A stretch of DNA of 63,660 nucleotides, the filler included, from Phoronis australis (taxonomy: Eukaryota; Animalia; Phoronida), in NCBI GenBank assembly GCA_002633005.1. It is 8 parts of 8 records of this genome, joined end to end, with 100 filler letters (N's around TTAATTAATTAA, not from the genome) between each part and the next. Parts side by side here need not be neighbours in the genome. Positions count along the whole stretch, not along the records: positions 26,331 to 43,311 come from NMRA01001499.1; positions 43,412 to 45,840 come from NMRA01000841.1; positions 45,941 to 50,703 come from NMRA01002491.1; 5 more parts are not named here. One strand, written 5' to 3'. The translations under genes and the position numbers were made by a program. The stretch's first letter is position 1; every line of letters starts with the position of its first letter. The notes below the pieces were generated by a model. It did not search any database, was not told the DNA's origin, and saw nothing but the letters and a program-made list of their open reading frames with translations. Shown here piece by piece: positions 38,243-50,156 of the stretch.

Positions 38243-40683
38243 AATTTCATCTAATCTCATCTCATCTGCTCTCAGACAAAGCTATTGACTTACAAATTAA
38301 AGAACATTTTTGGCCTATCATGCAGCACTCGGTAATAACAATAAGAGTTTATAAGGCGGGGCATTATTAATAGAAGTGACACACCAGCGTCTATCCCAAA
38401 ACGTAAGGTTAAAATGTCTGCCGGAGCACACAAAAATGCCCTGTTATTGTCTCTAACTTTGCTTGTATGGAAAATTACAGGTATCATAACATCTAAAACT
38501 GCTGACCTGTCTTTTTTGCGTCATTTATTCCTCATACGAAAATTCGCGACTGCCTTTACTACCAAAAGCATGCAGAAGCTCAAACAGGAAATTCCGAAAT
38601 GCAATAACGCCCTGGTGGCCTTTTCATTTCCTTGTTTTTTTATTTTCTAGTCAAAGAAGAACACAGAAAGGCTGTGCCACAGAGAATGGTGCTGTTGAAC
38701 AGTTTCGTCGTGTGTCAAAAAACAGGACATTTTGATGGTGGTTGGGACTGCAGAGTAAACCTTCAAAAAGTTCCACAGGCCTTGGCTATAAACCAAAACA
38801 GAGGGGGGAGGGGGGGCACTTTCGACGGTTTTAGTGATGCTTCCTTTGTATCAATCTAATAATTTATTGATTAAAATTGTATATTAAAAGTAATAGTTCC
38901 TCCGGAAGCTTAAGATGTCAAGAAATTCATGGATTATTCTAAACCACGTTTCTAGGGAAAAGCCGGCAAAGATGTTCCCCAATCAAATATGCATATCATC
39001 ATGGGCGGCGCTGGAGAAACCCACTAACAAGCTCGATGAAGGGTATCAAATACTCAACGCGGCTGTCAATGAAGTTAAAAACATCATCAGTGATGTATAA
39101 GAAGACTGTTCTTCCAATATCAATTTTCCAATGCCAATCGTTGATTGCCTACCCTAGAGTACCTTTTAAGCCCGTCAATTACCATGGATGTTCCCTACGT
39201 GTTCCTACATTTGTTACATTATTACTGCTTATAGATGATTGCATTGGTTTTTGAAGTACACGATTCTGCTGACATAAAACATCTGGATAAGAACAAAAAA
39301 GATGTCAAACTTTTGAAGCAAGAGGAACTAAAGATCAAATACCAAAGCACCAGTCCTAGCTTTATGGATAAATTGTTATACAGCTACTGCTATAAAGGTT
39401 TATTAATCAGGTAAGTAAATGTACTATCTTTTGAACAATTTCAACCGTACCCATGCTTCTGGGTTGACACCCATGGTGCGATGAATGCGACCCCTAGTTT
39501 ATGATATTCTGAGTTGTTCCCTTGTGATGCCCATGCCTTAGGGAATATCAGCTCCCACAATTGGAGTGGTGAATGTAAAATGCAGTTATCTGGGCATTAA
39601 CTGAAAAATTGTTCCCAGGTAAACAGCCCTCGTGGAGTTTCAAAAGTTTTTTTTTATTTTTAAACACCCATGCTCATCTTAATGTTATGTAGGACGTTAT
39701 TGACAATTTTTTGTTTCTAGCCAAATATCTACAAAACTGTAAATTTTAATTCAGTAAAAGTACATAATTTTTGAAATTAGAAAGCCTCAACAATTTGATT
39801 TTTTACCCCTTATACCTATCTATCATAATTTGGGTCTTGATGTCATTTCTTTTTCTAAAATTCAGCAAAAAAGAAAGTTAGGTTCACAGCAGTGGTATCC
39901 ATAACATGACCAAATTTCAATTGATATAAATGTTCAAGATGAAATCTTAAAAATTCTGGTACAGCTTTCTAAATCATCCCTTGGTTTTCGTTTCAGGAAA
40001 CTTTTGAGTTTTTTGTAAAATTCATGAAAGTCCTATTTTTTAAATGCTCTTCTTCCAAAAATGGCACATTTTGAAAAAAATACTAGCAGTATTTTGGACA
40101 ACAGTGTACAAAACATATGGTAGTATGCAGAAATTTCATATAAATCAAATTAGCCATCAATATTGAAGTAACTAAGCCAAATTTGGTCATTTTTCAGGGG
40201 TACAACGTGATCTTAAAGCCCACACCCTGATTTTATGTTATCTAATTTTAAGACCCAGGTCCTTAGGTCAACAAAGTATTTTAAGTTAATACATTAGCTC
40301 TACATTTAACATGCAGAAGATTATATTTTTTAATGTATAACTAAGTATTTCCAATTATTTTGTTGCACTGTAAACATATATTAAGTTGAATGTAGTTGAG
40401 TTATGACAACGATCAAACAAAAAGTCCCATCCTCCAGTCTTCAGTCTGTTGAGAGACAGACCATATACAATATTACACATAGTTTGACTATTTCCAACAA
40501 AGTGCATGATTTTCTTTAAGTGTTTTATAAAACATATTTTAGCACATTCTTCATTCAGACACCACCCACTTATGAAATGAAACGGTTTGAAGCACTTCAG
40601 GGACCAAAAATTGCCACTTTCTGAAAACACGATGAGGCTTGGATTCAGGAAATCATGATAGGTTGCTTAAAACAATCAAGACC

Positions 40684-40884
40684 CCTTCCAATGTCAAACA
40701 GTTCTACAGGACAAAAAGTTTCTCCGCTTCCTCCGGGCAATAAATTTCCAACCTGCCAATGTCCTATAGTACTACATGGCATAAACTTTTCCGCTTCACT
40801 CGCGCAGTAAATCTCCAACCTTCCAATGTCCAATAGTACTACATGACATAAACTTTCACCGCTTCATCCAGGCAGTAAATCTCC
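40684..40884. repeat. Three diverged tandem copies of a 67-68-bp unit spanning the MAEA stop codon
   Basis: Units start at about 40686, 40754 and 40821. Confidence 0.85.
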
Positions 40885-40940
40885 TTAGTCCTTGGACATA
40901 CAACTTGCCCTTCGTTCATCCATGTCATTTCTGGAAGTGC
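40839..40940 (-). CDS. MAEA: MAEA (Gid9, CTLH E3 ligase subunit) last exon (ALPEMTWMNEGQVVCPRTKEIYCLDEAVKVYVM*)
   Basis: CCAG acceptor, 102 nt including TAG; matches the MAEA ending VVCPRTKE...AEKVYIM. Confidence 0.9.
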   Translation of the reverse strand, partial: ALPEMTWMNEGQVVCPRTKEIYCLDEAVKVYVM

Positions 40941-41463
40941 CTGGAAGCAACAACAAAACACATGGATACAAAATTGAAACTTCAGCAGTTTCCACAATAA
41001 GACTCATTGTTCCTGAGAAATCTTTAGAGAGCATCGGCAAAAGCAACTAAAGGAGTCATAAAACAGACTACAGGTGGAGCTTCTAATAACTCAGTAAATA
41101 CAAACTACTGCAGCATACAAGAGCAATGATGACACAAATTCGTGATAAGTTTTTAATCGAAAGTCAATTGAATCAATTCTGCTCTGTGCAGCAAAATTTC
41201 CAATTAGCGATTAACAAGAGATCAAAAGTTATAACCTCATAAAGACAACGGAATGGCAAACAATTAGTTGACAACCTACTGTAGAGTTCAGTGAACTATT
41301 ATAACCACACATGAGCAAGTCTACAATTGTTAAAAAGACAAGATAAATTCTTTCAACGTTAGTCACTTAACAATTTTGTCTAGTATCCTTGATGTCATAT
41401 CCACCCTTCCTTTCTACTTTACAACTGCTGTCGACGCCAGAATGTAAGGAAATGACAACTTAC

Positions 41464-41653
41464 GTTGTAGCCATAGACAAAACCATTAGGAAGCATCATA
41501 GGAGGGTTCTCGTTGAACGAATGTCCCAATATATAGCAGATGAGCTGTGATTGGGCACAATGTGAGTAAGGGAGGGGCTTGGCCAGCTCATTGAAGTGTG
41601 AACAAACAGGGCAATTCTTGTTTTTTGCCTCAGTGTCATCCGTATAACAATGT
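41464..41653 (-). CDS. MAEA: MAEA penultimate exon (degenerate RING region)
   Basis: HCY...[28 protein letters not shown]...[17 protein letters not shown]; CAG/GTAAG bounded. Confidence 0.9.
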
Positions 41654-42059
41654 CTGGTGTGTGTGTTAAAGAATGGTGATAATTTACTACGCAAACCAAC
41701 ACTATTATATATCATCTTACTCATATTGCACAGAAAATGTAGTTTTAACTCTTTCACTAGCAAGGGCACCTTTCGGCAACTTACACATTTACTGCAAAAC
41801 ATTTCATGGGAGTTAACTACAGTTCAGCAACATTTTAACAAATCACAGGACAAGAGTTTTACCAAATCCCAAATAAAAGTCAAATTTTCGAATTTTTCCG
41901 TTTTTGAAGAAATTTCTCTTGATTGCTCACCTCCAAACTGTCCAACGTCACCATTTTTTTACTCAAATTCAAAATGTATAGTTATGGATCCGAGTTTGAA
42001 ATGTCAGACACGAGTCAAGGCTTGTGGGGGTGTGTATTTCTACAAAAACCCTTCAATGA

Positions 42060-43311
42060 CAGACTCGAAAACAGTAAAAATGGCCACTGGGTGTCGCAAA
42101 CTAGGGGTGGACGCACAAAAACAGACTCGAAAACACTAAAAATGGCCACTATGCCTACATACCAAATTTCATGAAAATCCGTACAGGACTTTTGAAGATA
42201 CAAAGATAAGCGTAAAAAATTAAAATTGCCACTAGGGGGCACACCGGTAGTCGGATCCGTCCAAAAATCGTCGTCTTCTGTTGTTAACATCATATAAATA
42301 CACTTATTAAATTTCGAAAAGATCCTGCGAACGGTTTAGGATATACAGCCATAGCGCAAAAATAACAAAACTGCCACTAGGATGCGCCACAGTAGTCGAA
42401 ATCGTCAGAAAATCATCGTCAACCGTCCTCTACATAATAAGCATATACATGCCAATTTTCACAATCATCCTTTGAGCGGTTTGGTTGATAGCGGGGTGGA
42501 CGGACAAAAACAGACTCGAAAACACTAAAAATTGGCCACTAGGTGGCGCAAACTATGTCGAATCCTTCTGAAAATGGGAGGATAGCGTCATCTCACTAGA
42601 AGGTGCCTACACACCAAATTTCATGAAAATCCGTTCAAGACTTTTGAAGATACAAAGGTAAGCGTAAAAAAATTAAAATTGCCACTAGGGGGCACACCGG
42701 TAGTCGGATCCTTCCAAATGTCCTCATCTTCCGTTGTTAAGCAACATATAAATATACTTACACAATTTCGTAAAGATCCTGTGAGCGGTTTAGGAGATAC
42801 AGCCATAGNNNNNNNNNNNNNNNNNNNNNNNNNNNNNNGGAAAATCATCGTCAACCGTCCTCTACATAGTAAGCATATACATGCCAATGGGAATTTTCAC
42901 AATCATCCTTTGAGCGGTTTGGTTGATAGAGGGGTGGACGCACAAAAACAGACTCGAAAACACTAAAAATGGCCACTAGGTGGCGCAAACTATGTCGAAT
43001 CCATCTGAAAATGGGAGGATAGCGTTACCTCACTAGTAGGTGCCTACATACCAAATTTCATGAAAATCCGTTCAAGACTTTTGAAGATACAAAGGTAAGC
43101 GTAAAAAAATTAAAATTGCCACTAGGGGGCACACCGGTAGTCGGATCCGTCCAAAAGTCGTCATCTTCCGTTGTTAAGCAACATATAAATATACTTACAC
43201 AATTTCGTAAAGATCCTGCGAACGGTTTAGGAGATACAGCCATAGGCGCAAAAAAAAAACAAAACTGCCACTAGGAGGCGCCACAGTAGTTGAAATCGGA
43301 AAATCATCGTC
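42060..43311. repeat. Tandem ~440-bp satellite-like repeat (about 3 copies) with an internal tripartite structure
   Basis: TGCCACTAGGGGGCACACCGGTAGTCGGATCC at 42227, 42680 and 43117; three near-identical spurious ORFs; runs into the linker. Confidence 0.92.
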
Positions 43312-43411
43312 NNNNNNNNNNNNNNNNNNNNNNNNNNNNNNNNNNNNNNNNNNNNTTAATTAATTAANNNNNNNNNNNNNNNNNNNNNNNNNNNNNNNNN
43401 NNNNNNNNNNN
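43312..43411. other. Artificial scaffold linker
   Basis: N44-TTAATTAATTAA-N44. Confidence 0.97.
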
Positions 43412-43987
43412 CAAACCTGGGCAAGTTATCCATGTTTTCTGCTTGTATGACCCCATGACCCTTCAAACCCCAAAATGTGGAATTTAAGGGGCAACTTGAC
43501 ACTTTTATTTTTCATTTTTAGGAAGACAATGGATGACTTTATACAAAACAGTAGCTATTTCATTTTCTAGTAGCTTCTGTAATTACTTACAATGTCACAA
43601 AAACTGTGATTATTGGGGTAAGTTCTGATAGTGGTTTTCAGTGGAAACTGAGGTACCCGACTTTTAAGCAACCTAACGCGATAGAATTTGTTTAAAGTTA
43701 GTAATTACCATAAGAAAGTAAACAAAAATGCATAATATGATCCAAATCCGTCACATAGGGTTTATCACCCCTGCATGGATTTTTGCCTGGTCTGAAGTGT
43801 ACTGCACTCTTAAGTTTTAAAACCATACACATCAGCAGCCATATAAGTATTCATAACAAAAACATGTAAAATCTTCAATATGTTTATTATAAACTATAGC
43901 AATCAACATAACTTTGATCTAATCTAGCCTCCTGTACACTTGAGTATAGATACTAACATAATGGATATTTACAAACAAAACGGGTAT

Positions 43988-44600
43988 TTACAAAATCGTT
44001 ACTTTTGCTTCCACACTCCAAGTCACCTCTTTACCTTTACATCTACGCTCATGCTTATTCTCATATTCCTTTCGTTTAAAACCTTTCCCACACTTGGAAC
44101 ACATATAAGGAGTTGTTAGTGTGGTCAACTGCATGACGTTGAATGGACCGCAGGTGCTTTGTTGAAAAACTGCACTTGTCACACTTGAAAGAGGCAGAAT
44201 TGGTGTACATTGCCAAGACATGACTCTCCAAGTGCTGTCTTGTCATGAAGCTGCGGTCACAAGTCCTGCACTTGAGTTGTGGAGTGTGGGCGGAGATGTG
44301 ACGTGACAAATTTCTTCTTGAATTGAAATTCATGCCGCATGTTGGACAACAGTATTTGGTTGGCGAGTGGACGTGCTGGTGCTCACGTATTCCATCAACG
44401 GTCATGAATTTCTTTGGTCAGTGATCACAAAGTAATTTGGGTGCACCATGCACCTTTCGGTTGTGGTCGTCTAGTTTGACCTGGGTGTGAAATTTCATTT
44501 CGCAACTATAACCTTGGGCGTTGACGTGCACTCGCTTGTGCCTGTTTTGAGAGCTTCTATAGCTGAACGACTTCTCGCAATATTCACAGTCTTAAGTTGG
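43988..44600 (-). pseudogene. Tandem C2H2 zinc-finger pseudo-exon (about 7 fingers)
   Basis: CEYCEKSF..RHKRVH, CPTCGMNF..RHISAH, CRTCDRSF, CDKCSF..RHAVDH and CSKCGKGF..KHERRC; two in-frame stops, lost ligands and a frameshift. Confidence 0.8.
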
Positions 44601-45840
44601 CTGAAATGTAAAGCACAACATTAGTAATTCACCACCTTATCATAGGTACTATTTTAGCGGTATAGCCCTTTTTGAATTGCACAAAACTTGAGACATTGAA
44701 CAGAATTACAAAGGCAAACTTTAGGAAGTTGACTAGGGTGAACCTGCAATTGTGTCTATGTGGGGTGCTGGAGGCTGTTCAGTAGAATGACTAATATGTT
44801 GTGTTTCGTCTTCTGAAAAATACAATACACTATAATAAGATCCTTATAAGAATTCATTTCCTAATTTAGTGTATTTATTGCAAGTATTTCCACTGCTTTT
44901 GCCCTAACCTACTATGTCATGTTGCCTGGGATACCAAACCCTTAGAGAAATCAAGTGCAATTACCGGTTTTTTAAACAATAATAAATTACAGGACCTACA
45001 ACTTTTGTTTAGTTGAAGGTTTCTGTTGTTGGGAACATAAGTAGCACCCTCGGAATAGTTTTGGACAAGGGTTTTCAGTGGTAGTTAATTTTTTTGTCAA
45101 AATTCTGAAATCACGTGATAAAACCAAAATATGACTATGGAATATCAAAGAATAATAATTTTTACAAATGTTATTCAGAAGAATGTTATTCAGAATTTTT
45201 TATTTTCTTAAAATGCTGCTTTTTCAGTACGTCACCCTCGGGACATATTTTGTGTGTCACCCCCCGGACATTTGTCCTGTGTTCTGATGATGGGTTATTT
45301 CCAGTTTATTAAATTTTTTCACTTTGAAATGAAGCCTGAAGTTAACACCTTTCAATTGAAAACAGTGTATATATTTTTTAAATTTGTTTCTTTAAAATTT
45401 TCATATTCGTTATGTGTATCATCTACAGCTTTGACACAAGAATTTGTTTCTTAAAGTTGCAAAAAGCTCGATGCAAATTTTGGATAGTTTCTAAAGGGTA
45501 TTACCATTCGTACTATTTTGTTTTATGTACTCCATAGTTAACTTGAAGCCTCACTAGAATACAAAAGACCTTTCAAAACTGCCAAAAAGGTCTACTAATA
45601 TCAAATTCAAAAATAGCCTGCAAAAAGTATTATAGTTTTTGCTACCTTCTGTACGTAAAATGTTCAGGTTCGACTCGAACAGCAATGAAAGTGTAATGCA
45701 TAGTGTGGAATGATAGCGCTTGTGTGGACCTTCTTTAAATTGTTTATAGTGGAGTGATGGGAATGTTATGTTTCAATCACTGACAGTCATGTTCAGTCTC
45801 CGGTGGTCCTGTTTTGTGGTGGGGCAGTCATGTTCATCTT

Positions 45841-45940
45841 NNNNNNNNNNNNNNNNNNNNNNNNNNNNNNNNNNNNNNNNNNNNTTAATTAATTAANNNN
45901 NNNNNNNNNNNNNNNNNNNNNNNNNNNNNNNNNNNNNNNN
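45841..45940. other. Artificial scaffold linker
   Basis: N44-TTAATTAATTAA-N44. Confidence 0.97.
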
Positions 45941-46244
45941 ACAAAAAGGTATGACGAACCTTTTACAACACTACGACAAAAAGTACAAAAAAACAAGAAA
46001 GGCTGATACAGTGTTAAAATACGATGTAAACTCTCAATGTCCCAATCTGTAATAAGCAATCGATGCATCACCAATTACGTCATTGACATATCAGCTAATC
46101 AGCGATCGCCGTCAGGATTTCAGCGTCTTGACATTAAATATGAACCAGTTTTTGCTTGGCGCGCAATTTGGACAAATGGGAGTTTATTTGTGTGTTAGAA
46201 CCGGTTAACTGCTGCAATATTTGTACTACAGTCATCTTTAAGGA

Positions 46245-46745
46245 GATATAGCCGAAGACGTAAACATATAAAATCGCCACTATGGAGCGACACAGTAGTC
46301 AAACTCGTCCAAAAAGCAGCGTCAGTCGTGGCCTTCTCATCAGGAAGTCCTGGAAATTTTCATAATGATCCTTTGAGCGGTTCGGCAGATAGAAAGGTGG
46401 ACACTAGGAAACGGAAGCAAAAATATCAAAAATGGCCACAAGGTGGCGTAAAATACGCTGTCCAAAAATGTAATGGCATCGGTGTCTTCTTAATAAAAAT
46501 CTTTTTGCTGAATTTCATGGAAATCCATGAAAAACGTCAAAGATACAGAAATAGGGTAAGATTTTATAGTATCTTTGATAGGGTGCACAGCGGATCGGTC
46601 TGAAACTAGTCATCATCTGTCGCCAGCTTCATAGAAACATGCCTGTCGAATTTCAATGTGATCCTGGTGGGGTCAGGAGATACAGCGGTGGACGCCGGAC
46701 GCGCGGATGCCCAGGCGGAGATGACGACAATATTCACCCAAAATG
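46245..46745. repeat. Single diverged relative of the 42-43 kb satellite monomer
   Basis: Shared blocks AATTTTCATAATGATCCTTTGAGCGGTT, AAAATGGCCACAAGGTGGCG, AATTTCATGGAAATCC and GGAGATACAGC, in the same order. Confidence 0.7.
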
Positions 46746-47349
46746 TATGCGTATAAAATGTTTTTGGGAATTCATGTACAATTGTTCATCTTCGTGCTGG
46801 TCTGCATTAGTTGGTCACATATAGGGATTTTTTACTACTACGTTGCTGTTAACTAAATAACCCAACACTTTGCCAAGAGACAATGTTTTATTGTAGAAGA
46901 TCTACGAAACAACATTGAATTTCAAACAGCTTGCCGTTTTTTCTCAATTCATTGTTTCCCTGGAAATCAAAAATATGCAATAAATACACACAACTGTCGT
47001 TTGCACAACACAAAATGATTTAGAAGTAGCAGCAATTATAAATACCGTAACAAAAAGTATAGGCAACACTTTCCAAAGACAAACAATATAAAGTCAACTA
47101 GTCTGTGGCAATACTTTATCGACTCTTATAAAATTAAAGAAAATCATTACGATTGCTACCAAAATGTGAAAGAGAAGTTGACATGTAAACTATCCTATCT
47201 GGATACACAACGGATTAATCTTTTACATATTACTGAATGCGCTTATCACCGGCCATAAGTATGCCTATTGAGAAGAACAAGCTAGCAAGCATTTCCATTA
47301 AGATTTCTTTGTGTCTTAAAAATGAATGTGCTCCCAAAAGTCAACTGAC

Positions 47350-47481
47350 CTCTCCTCGTATTTGACGTTCATATCATCATCTTCTAGAGAAATGATCTGT
47401 GAATCCTCGTCTGCCTCTGCACTCCGACCAACTGGGTTACCACTGACATTACCCGCTCCGGCAGTCAGGGAGTTAACACCA
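47350..47481 (-). CDS. Putative isolated exon of an unknown gene (GVNSLTAGAGNVSGNPVGRSAEADEDSQIISLEDDDMNVKYEE)
   Basis: 132-nt symmetric phase-2 open exon with a pyrimidine-rich AAG acceptor and GTCAGT donor. Confidence 0.4.
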
Positions 47482-48455
47482 CTTGAAAAAGAAACATGCT
47501 TCAATGATCAAACAGTTTTAATTGACAATTCAGTCACTCACATACAGCTGTATGGGCAGTTTTAACAGTACACAGGCCGTCTAGCGCAGCGGTGCGGTAC
47601 TGGTGATATAAATTTCTGACTACCGGTGCCACCAACATGTAGAATACCGTATGTTTAGACATTTAATGGGTGAATGAACATTCATAATCATTGACAACAG
47701 ATTAGCAACTCCGTTATTATTTCCTCATGAAATTCCCAAGTTGTTGCCACTTACTCCGTATGCTTGTCTCGGACGGGAAATTCTGTTATTTTATTATAGT
47801 ATCTAGCATTACGAATTATAAACTAATTCTGAATTCGAAAGCAACGAGAGAGCTCCTCACAAAGTAGAGCGGTGTGAATGGCTCAAAATCAGCTAAGAAA
47901 CAAAACAGAAGAAAACTGACATTCGCTATTCTGCTATTTTGGTTTTATTGTAAAAATAGTACGGTAAAGCGAAGGTATTTTCAAATTTTGAATTGAAAGT
48001 GATCGTCAAATACGTGTATGAAGATAAGATGTTCCATCCAGTATCCATCTCAACTTTGGTCAATGAAGAAAATCTTCTCTATTCAGTCAGTGTCAATGGT
48101 GCTGAAATGCAGACTTCACACGAGCTACAAACTTTATTTAAAAGATTTTCAAGGATAGATGTCAATAATATGAAGGTTCGCTACTCCAAAGTTCCCGGCC
48201 ACTACTTCCACTTCGAAAATTCACTACTTGATTTTAGCAAACTTTGAGGCGCTGAATTAAAAAATGTATGCCGGGCTGGAATGTGCCGGCTCAACACTCA
48301 AATTCAAGATGGCCAACAACGGGAATATTTTGAAAATTGGCAAGACCCAAAAATGCCTCTTAAATTATAGGTTTCAGGTATGATAAAATCGATTCTGATC
48401 CTATTTTTGTGATTGGAATTCAAGGTCAACTTCTGTATTTACGCAGTGTAAGACA

Positions 48456-50150
48456 ATGAGAGGAGCAGCGACACTAGTCATCGATGGGCAAGCCCTTGTT
48501 AGATCTATGGGGAGTCTGAATGAAGCCGTGACATTGGGAGACTATGTAAAGTCGATTTTGAAGACCATCCTGGGTATAGGAGTGGGTTACAAACGAATAG
48601 ATATAATAGCAATTGATCAATATCGGCAACACTCAATTAAAGATGGAGCACGTATCAAGAGTTTCATCGAGATGGCAGAAAACAATCAAGACCTGCAAGA
48701 AGTCTTGTCTCAACAGCTAGTGCTAGAGTGCCCTCCTGGAAAAACGATCATGGCTCTGAGTGGGGGATGTCGCGATTAAAGGAAAGTGTTGTCATCTGAT
48801 CCACAATTCGACATTTTGGCATTACAGGCAAACCACGACAAAGCTGCTCCACTCGTTGCCTTTTACTGCGTAAATGTAGAAGCTGACACTGTACTCGTTT
48901 CCTCGCGTGACACAGACGTGCTTGTTCTCCTGGTACCCCAATTTGAGAAAATGAAATGTTCACAGCTTTGGATGAAATCAGGCACTACGAAGAAACCAGC
49001 GTACATGTACATACCCGTTCACTAGAGTTACCACAAAATATCTGTCACGTTTCCCCCCGTGTATGGGTGAACGCAGGTTGTTACACACCAGTGCTAATAG
49101 CTTTCGGTGCCATGATAGACTGAACACTGGTTCGAGTTAATGCTTTTATTAATCTCGACCGTACGTCCACGAGCCTACTCAAACAAAACGTCCGACGTAA
49201 CATCTGTTCTACGCCCCAGCCAATGCTGTGAAGCATTGACTTGTGATGAACTTCTGCGACAATTTCAGCAACTTAACTGAAACTCTCCAGTAACTAACTG
49301 ATGTTCAACTTTTTAACTCCTTCAACTGCTTAACTGACTAATACAAGCCCGTGCTTGTGTATTTAGAGACTAATGCATTGTTTTAGAACTTTTCACCAAT
49401 TCAAGCACATTCTAGAGCTTTCCGGACTCTATCCAATTATTTTACAAGCATATGCTAGGCTCTAGAATGTTCCAGATTACATTAATTACTCATATGATAG
49501 ATTTTTCTTGAACATTCCACACTATTCTGTAACAAACAAATTACATCATCACTGTGCTGACCTCAGGGCCATGACAATCAATCGTCACAAACAGAGCAAT
49601 AGAACTAAATAATAAAACTACGAACAGTGTAAGTCCACTCCTGACAATGTCCAGTTCCATGGTTGCAAGCCTGCCATCGTTTCATGCAATAGCAGGCTGT
49701 GTCATAGTTTCCCAGCTTCACGGACAATGAAAAGAGACCACCTGGAACGCGTTTATGGAACACCATGCTCTCTTAAAATACCTCGGGAGGAAAAACCTTG
49801 CACCACAGGCGGCATCTCAAGCTGAAGAGTTTATCTGCCATATTTATGTTGTGCGCAAGCAAGATGGCTGCGATGAAGCTCGTGTGGCTTTATTTAGCAA
49901 AGGTGTCTCCCATGAGTCTTTGCTGCCGTCGTCTGACGCTGCCCCGTGGCACATACAACGAGATAACTACCAGGCAGCTGTTTGGAGACAGACTGACAAG
50001 AGCATTCAGGAACTCCCACACACCGCTCTTTCTGGTTGGATGTTGGCAGGCGAGCACACAATACCTTTGTTGATGACGCCACCACCAATTCAAGAGTCCC
50101 ACATAAAACTAACAACATGTAGATGCAACAGGGCTGTTCCAGCCTGTGCT
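48456..50150 (+). pseudogene. Second decayed AcademX-like ORF (XPG/FEN1-like nuclease plus Cys finger), interrupted by a solo LTR
   Basis: VIDGQALV, RIDI..DQY...SIK, ANHDKA, SRDTDVLVLL, LWMKSG..IPVH, then after the insert LPSFHAIAGC, EEFIC.IY, ARVALF, LLPS...HIQR.NYQAAVW, GW and CRC. Confidence 0.75.
49043..49646 (-). mobile_element. 604-bp solo LTR
   Basis: TGTCA...TGACA termini, 5-bp TSD ATATC/ATGTC, AATAAA on the minus strand near 49145; excision restores the host frame (HKIS|SSMVASLPSFHA). Confidence 0.8.
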
Positions 50151-50156
50151 GTGGTN

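Noticed and set aside
38915-39410. Possible plus-strand exons ending at a GTAAG donor
   Set aside because: Frames are fragmented, with no clear acceptor and no recognisable domain.
42015-43243. Three paralogous small ORFs (…DPTTGVPPSGNFNF…)
   Set aside because: They are translations of successive satellite monomers.
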